From: Ranitomeya imitator
Lineage: Eukaryota
DNA length: 64,000 nt
Assembly: GCF_032444005.1 (NCBI RefSeq)
Contig: NC_091283.1
Location: forward strand, 233,244,001 to 233,308,000
Direction: 5' to 3'
Shown in pieces: positions 1 through 64,000 of the stretch. Every line of letters begins with the position of its first letter. Position 1 is the first letter of the stretch. The translations under genes and the position numbers were made by a program. The notes beneath the pieces are model-generated. The model saw nothing but the letters and a program-made list of their open reading frames with translations, was not told where the DNA came from and searched no databases.

Positions 1-565
1 TGCTCCATACACCTCGTACACACGCGGCTGTGCTCTGTACACCTCGTACACATGGCTCCGTATACCTCTTACACACGACTCCGCTCCGTACACCTTTCAC
101 ATGCTGCTCCGCACACCTCGTACACACGCGGCTGTGCTCCGTACACCTCGTACACACGGCTCCGTACACCTCGTACACACGACTCCGCTCCGTACACCTT
201 TCACATGTTGCTCCGCTCCGTACACACGCGGCTGTGCTCTGTACACCTCGTACACATGGCTCTGTATACCTCTTACACACGACTCCGCTCCGTACACCTT
301 TCACATGCTGCTCCGCACACCTCGTACACACGCGGCTGTGCTCCGTACACCTCGTACATATGGCTCCGTACACCTTTCACAGTACGAGGTGCACCAAGCG
401 GATCCGCGTGTGTGTACGAAGTGCACCGAGCGGAGCCGCGTGTGTGTACGAGGTGCACCGAGCGGAGCCGCGTGTGTGTACGAGGTGCACTGAGCGGAGC
501 CGCGTGTGTGTCTGTGTACGAAGTGTACTGAGTGGAGCCTCAGCCGCGTGTGTGCACCGAGCGGA
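1..565. repeat. Degenerate minisatellite (TACACCTCGTACACACGCGGCTGTGCTCCG-like) that flips orientation near 380
   Basis: Units 1-375 are the reverse complement of units 382-560. Confidence 0.8.
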
Positions 566-1065
566 GCTGCAGCTTGTAATTAGCACATGATGATACAGTG
601 ACTGTCATAGGGGATTAGGCTTAGCACTTTTATGCCTGGGGAAATAAAGCAGCCACATTGATTAGTGTTGTCACTATCTCCCAGGGAGCTGCTCCTCCTT
701 CACAATGCACTGGACGGAGTGAGTCATCTCTGTGACATCCACTACTCACTGACCTGCATCTGTCCCATTAGCAGCCTCCAGTCCTCTCATGGTCTGCTGC
801 TTACATTGCCACCGGCACCCAGGCTGTGTCCGGCTGTGTTTATGTACACCTCAGGTGTCACCTCTCTCTCTGAACTGTGAGGCACACTGGAAGTCAGACT
901 CAGGAACGTACCGTCGGGGAAGGGGCGTGACCTAACAAAAGGGGGCGTGTGACAGCAGCTTCAACTGTTCTGTCTGCGGGAAGCTCTGCGTCCCGGGCAG
1001 GACAGACGGGGCAAGCATCAAATCCGGGGCAGTCCCGCACAATGAGGGACGGTTGGGAGGTATGT

Positions 1066-2787
1066 GTATAGTACTAATGGTAACAGACCTAGCGACTCTC
1101 TTAGTACGCTTAGGGCAATCAGAGATAACATGAGCAGAATCACCACAGTAAAAACACAGCATATTCTGACGTCTGAATTCCTGCCGTTCTGTTCTAGTCA
1201 AAATCCTATCACATTGCATAGGTTCAGGACTTTGCTCAGAGGACACTGCCATATGGTGCACAGCTTTGCGCTCACGCAGACGCCGATCAATCTGAATGGC
1301 TAGAGACATAGATTCGCTCAAACCGGCAGGCGTAGGAAAGCCCACCATAACATCTTTAAGGGCTTCAGAAAGACCTTTTCTGAAAATAGCAGCCAGAGCC
1401 TCCTCATTCCATTTAGTGAGCACAGACCATTTTCTAAATTTCTGGCAGTATAATTCTGCCGCTTCCTGACCTTGACACAGGGCCAACAGGGTTTTTTCTG
1501 CATGATCCACAGAATTAGGTGCGTCATACAATAATCCGAGCGCTTGAAAAAATGCATCCACATTCAATAATGCCGGATCCCCTGATTCAAGAGAAAAAGC
1601 CCAGTCTTGAGGGTCACCACGCAGCAAGGATATGATGATTTTTACTTGCTGAATGGGATCACCAGAAGAACGGGGTTTCAAAGCAAAAAACAATTTGCAG
1701 TTATTTTTAAAGTTCAAAAACTTGGATCTGTCCCCAAAAAACAAATCAGGAGTTGGAATTCTAGGCTCTAAAGCCGGAGTCTGGACAACATAATCTTGGA
1801 TATTCTGTACTCTTGCAGCAAGTTGATCCACACGAGAAAACAAACTCTGAACATCCATGCCAGAGCATAAATCCTGCACCACCCAGAGATCAAGAGGAAA
1901 AAAAAGACAAAACAGAGCACAGGAAAAAAAAATGGTTCAGAACTTTCTTTTCCTTCTTTTGAGCTGCATTTAATTCGTTTCTGGCCACTTGTACTGTTAT
2001 GACGCGGTGGTTTAGGAGCAACATGGAACGAGCTCTGAAGGAAGTGGTAACTGTACTGACCGCAGTCCCTAAGCTCAACACAACACTAGAAGTAGCCGTG
2101 GGATGCTCCTAACTCTCCCTAGGCACCTCGTCACCGCCTAAGAGCTAACTACCCCTAAAGATAGAAGCAGGAAAACTATCTTGCCTCAGAGAAAATCCCC
2201 AAAGGATAGATTAGCCCCCCACAAATAATGACTGTGAGTGGAGAGGGAAAAGACATACACAGAATGAAACCAGGATGAGCACAGGAGGCCAGTCTAGCTT
2301 GATAGGTAGGACAGGATGGAATACTGTGCGGTCAGTATAAAACACTACAAAAATCCACGCAGAGTTTACAAAAAATCTCCACACCTGACTAAAGGTGTGG
2401 AGGTATCTGCTTCCCAGAGCTTCCAGCAAGACAGAATTAATTCACACTGATAAGCTGGACAAACATAGAAAGCACAGAACGGATAAGCCCACAATCTGTG
2501 AACAGAACAGAGCAAGCAAAAACTTAGCTTTGCTGAACTGGTCAGGATAACAGGGAACTCCAAAGAGATGTGAATCCAACCAGGAACCATTTACAAGTGG
2601 CACTGGCTGAAGAAAGAGCCAGACCTAAATAGCCGAGCAGAAGAGACGATAAGTGGAGGCAGCTGATGACAGCTAACTCCAAGGAGCAGCCATACCACTA
2701 GAAACCACAAGAGGGAGCCCAAGAGCAGAACTCACAAAAGTGCCACTTACAACCACCGGAGGGAGCCCAAGAGCGGAATTCACAACA
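1066..2787 (-). mobile_element. Ty3/gypsy LTR retrotransposon 5' remnant: LTR 2787-1995 (TG...CA) followed by gag truncated after the zinc knuckle
   Basis: LTR termini TGTTGTG...TCATAACA; gag motifs PDLFFGDRSKF, CQGQEAAELYCQKFR, CCHC CFYCGDSAHVISDC; no pol or 3' LTR seen. Confidence 0.85.
1068..1858 (-). pseudogene. gypsy gag (retrotransposon gag domain plus CCHC knuckle), 3' truncated
   Basis: ATG 1858 (MDVQSLF); homology breaks at ...VTISTI where another repeat begins. Confidence 0.8.
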
Positions 2788-2822
2788 CAAAACATAGAAT
2801 GCACAGAACGATGCATAGAATG

Positions 2823-4667
2823 CACCATGTACCTCAGTATAACACCATGTACCTCAGTATAACTCCATGTACCTCAGTATAACTCCATGTACCTCAGTAT
2901 AACTCCATGTACCTCAGTATAACACCATGTACCTCAGTATAACACCATGTACCTCAGTATAACTCCATGTACCTCAGTATAACTCCGTGTACCTCAGTAT
3001 AACTCCGTGTACCTCAGTATAACTCCGTGTACCTCAGTATAACACCGTGTACCTCAGTATAACACCGTGTACCTCAGTATAACTCCGTGTACCTCAGTAT
3101 AACTCCGTGTAAATCAGTATAACTCCGTGTACCTCAGTATAACTCCGTGTACCTCAGTATAACTCCGTGTACCTCAGTATAACACCGTGTACCTCAGTAT
3201 AACACCGTGTACCTCAGTATAACACCGTGTACCTCAGTATAACACCGTGTACCTCAGTATAACTCCATGTACCTCAGTATAACACCATGTACCTCAGTAT
3301 AACTCCATGTACCTCAGTATAGCACCGTGTACCTCAGTATAACTCCGTGTACCTCAGTATAACTCCGTGTACCTCAGTATAACTCCGTGTACCTCAGTAT
3401 AACTCCGTGTACCTCAGTATAACACCGTGTACCTCAGTATAACACCGTGTACCTCAGTATAACACCGTGTACCTCAGTATAACTCCGTGTACCTCAGTAT
3501 AACTCCGTGTACCTCAGTATAACTCCACGTACCTCAGTATAACTCCACGTACCTCAGTATAACTCCACGTACCTCAGTATAACTCCACGTACCTCAGTAT
3601 AACACCATGTACCTCAGTATAACACCATGTACCTCAGTATAACTCCATGTACCTCAGTATAACACCATGTACCTCAGTATAACTCCATGTACCTCAGTAT
3701 AACACCATGTACCTCAGTATAACTCCATGTACCTCAGTATAGCACCGTGTACCTCAGTATAACTCCGTGTACCTCAGTATAACTCCGTGTACCTCAGTAT
3801 AACACCGTGTACCTCAGTATAACTCCGTGTACCTCAGTATAACTCCGTGTAAATCAGTATAACTCCGTGTACCTCAGTATAACTCCGTGTACCTCAGGAT
3901 AACACCGTGTACCTCAGTATAACACCGTGTACCTCAGTATAACACCGTGTACCTCAGTATAACACCGTGTACCTCAGTATAACTCCATGTACCTCAGTAT
4001 AACACCATGTACCTCAGTATAACTCCATGTACCTCAGTATAACTCCATGTACCTCAGTATAACACCATGTACCTCAGTATAACACCATGTACCTCAGTAT
4101 AACTCCATGTACCTCAGTATAACTCCATGTACCTCAGTATAACACCGTGTACCTCAGTATAACACCGTGTACCTCAGTATAACTCCGTGTAGCTCAGTAT
4201 AACTCCGTGTACCTCAGTATAACACCGTGTACCTCAGTATAACACCGTGTACCTCAGTATAACTCCACGTACCTCAGTATAACACCATGTACCTCAGTAT
4301 AACACCATGTACCTCAGTATAACTCCGTGTACCTCAGTATAACTCCATGTACCTCAGTATAACACCATGTACCTCAGTATAACACCGTGTACCTCAGTAT
4401 AACTCCACGTACCTCAGTATAACACCATGTACCTCAGTATAACACCATGTACCTCAGTATAACTCCATGTACCTCAGTATAACTCCATGTACCTCAGTAT
4501 AACACCATGTACCTCAGTATAACACCATGTACCTCAGTATAACTCCATGTACCTCAGTATAACACCATGTACCTCAGTATAACACCATGTACCTCAGTAT
4601 AACTCCATGTACCTCAGTATAACACCATGTACTTCAGTATAACACCATGTACCTCAGTATAACACCA
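2823..4667. repeat. 20-bp minisatellite AAC(A/T)CC(A/G)TGTACCTCAGTAT, about 92 copies
   Basis: Direct inspection; near-perfect periodicity. Confidence 0.97.
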
Positions 4668-4684
4668 CAGCCTCTTTGCTGTCA

Positions 4685-4831
4685 CTTTCACCACCAGATG
4701 GCGCCGCTCCATCTACAGCTGCGAGAAATAACCCGGATACGCATGCGCACGTCGTCTCCTACATCTTTCACCTTAGAGTCACGTGACTGTGACGTTAATA
4801 AGATGCGGCTGAAGAAAGACACGTGACACCG
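4685..4831 (+). promoter_or_regulatory. TEFM promoter / 5' UTR with CTCF-like (CCACCAGATGGCGC), NRF1-like (GCATGCGC) and E-box (GTCACGTGAC, CACGTG) motifs
   Basis: Motifs read directly upstream of ATG 4832; CpG-rich; function inferred. Confidence 0.6.
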
Positions 4832-26941
<22,110 letters not shown>

Positions 26942-28404
26942 TTATGAGGAAGGTGTCCACACTGTGGTCCCTGCACCTGACCTCCTCTGTGCCGCTGCAG
27001 GACACCGCTGATTATCGGGGAGGTGTCCATACACCCATCTCCTGACCTCCTCTGTGCTGCTACAGACCACGGTCATTCATGCCACGTGGTGTACCCCTCC
27101 CCCAGTAGTTTCCTGTCTTCCTCTGTATTACTAGATGGTGCTTGTCGGTGTTTGGGAGACAGTCCGTATGGTCGCTGGTCCGGCCTCCCCCATAGTCACT
27201 GCAGCACAGACGCTCTCTGTTTGGGTGGGTCACTGATCCCAGCTATTTACCCCATTCTCCCCTGGGGCATGATGGTGATGACACGGATCGGGGGCTGTTG
27301 GACGACTACACTAGAACCTGCTAGTGCCTGCTGCGGCAGTTCCATGACAGGACACTCGTACAGAGGTGTCATGGTGATATCTAAGCAGCCAGTACCACAC
27401 AAAGGTTGTGACTAATGATGAGCGGCAATGCTGGAGTCAGGTGTTCTGAGAACTCTTGTACAAAGGTAAGCAAATTTGCTGGGGTTCACTCTTATATGGA
27501 AAGCTGCAGCGGGACCCAGATACCTTGAGCGCACCAGCCGATCAGCGCATACATGGATATAGCCTGTGTGTTGGGATCGTGACAAGGAGCTGCGGCGCCG
27601 ATCAGCCGGCGTGATTGAGGAAGCCAGGTTCCCCCTGCAGCTTATTCAGTAAGCACTATAGCTTGCAAAATAAGAGGGAACTCGAGCAAATTTGCTCAAC
27701 TCTACTCGTGTGTTTTCAGCGTGCTCCAATAACTGTGTCCGAGCCCCCGCGACAGCTTTTAGACAGACACTATATGATGGCATCACGAGGCTTCAACATA
27801 GTGTGACTTCGGTACGCTCCAGTACTGACAGCACCAGAGCGTGTGCCGAGAACACCGCACACATTCACTCATCAGTAGTCACAACACCAGGCTGGGGGGG
27901 GCACAGACCACATCACTCAAAGTCGCCTTTAATTTCCAGAATATAAAAAAAAAACAAATTTATAATGTAAAATTCTGGGAATAAAAAAAAAAAATGTCAC
28001 AAGATCCAAGCAGCCGTAAAGTCACCTGGGACCCCATCCACCGTTGGTGGAGCGATCTTAAGCACCAGAGATCCCCGACCACCACAGGGACGACATTGTC
28101 ATAAATAGATAAATGTGGAGATAAATAAAAAGATGAAGTCTCTGTACAGAACACAGGAAGTGCATGATTCCTCCACCACCACGAGCCGCTCCAGGTATGT
28201 CTCCTGCTGCCACCACATGTATTTTATGTCTAGGGAACATCCTCCGTCACATGTAGTTCTGAGAGTTCTCCACCACCCATCACATGGAGCTTGGGGAGTC
28301 CTCCAGCACAGTCCATCACATGTAGTTAAGGTGTAGTCCTCTGCCATCCCTCACGTGGAGCTCAGGTGGAGTCCTTGGATGTAGTTCTGGAGGTTGCCTG
28401 TACC

Positions 28405-63861
<35,457 letters not shown>

Positions 63862-64000
63862 CTCTCCCGGGGGCAGAGGGAGGGCGCGCGGCTCCGGTAA
63901 CAAATTTCCCGCGCGAAGGCCTAGATCACGTGACCAGAGCGACTGGCAACTCTAGCTCCTCCCACTCTGCTGAACAATCATCCTATTGGCTGAGGACGAA
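63862..64000 (-). promoter_or_regulatory. ATAD5 5' UTR / promoter with E2F site (TTTCCCGC 63905-63912), E-box (TCACGTGA 63926-63933) and CCAAT box (63985-63989)
   Basis: Motifs read directly; the E2F+CCAAT combination is typical of G1/S-regulated replication genes. Confidence 0.65.

Noticed and set aside
660-930. Possible small exon (cag|GGAGCTG...GGA|gtgagt on +, or ATGAGAGGA...GCAG|gtcagt on -), perhaps of the neighbouring gene (ADAP2 in mammals)
   Set aside because: No recognisable homology and no partner exons in the window.
2823-4667. Regular repeat arrays (also 51210-52290, 57150-58062, 58950-59695) superficially resembling CRISPR
   Set aside because: Head-to-tail units with no unique spacers, eukaryotic context and no cas genes.

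Overview
Vertebrate genomic DNA, probably anuran (inferred from the repeat families). It holds two complete protein-coding genes tail-to-tail, as in mammals. TEFM is on the + strand (4 coding exons, 4832-26941, 287 aa). ATAD5 is on the - strand (23 coding exons, 63861-28405, 1741 aa). I traced all exons by hand with GT-AG junctions and consistent phases. Most of the rest is transposable elements and minisatellites: a 10.3-kb Penelope-like retroelement (PLE), five Tc1 copies, two CR1 LINE fragments, an internally deleted DIRS element, a gypsy LTR+gag remnant, several solo LTRs and Harbinger-type MITEs. Top observations: (1) The PLE has a two-ORF, gag-pol-like layout. An intact 272-aa ORF1 overlaps the RT/GIY-YIG ORF in the -1 frame, with an in-frame U_UUU_UUA slippery heptamer in the overlap, suggesting programmed -1 frameshifting. 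(2) The PLE repeats carry three hammerhead ribozyme copies; one intact copy is sense to the TEFM pre-mRNA and lies in a ~2-kb perfect-type hairpin. (3) This TEFM appears to lack the N-terminal HhH domain through an in-frame shortening of exon 2. (4) Several ATAD5 splice donors have been amplified into minisatellites. Most long ORFs in the supplied track are artefacts of tandem repeats. No database searches or folding programs were run, so homology calls rest on recognised motifs and recalled human sequences.
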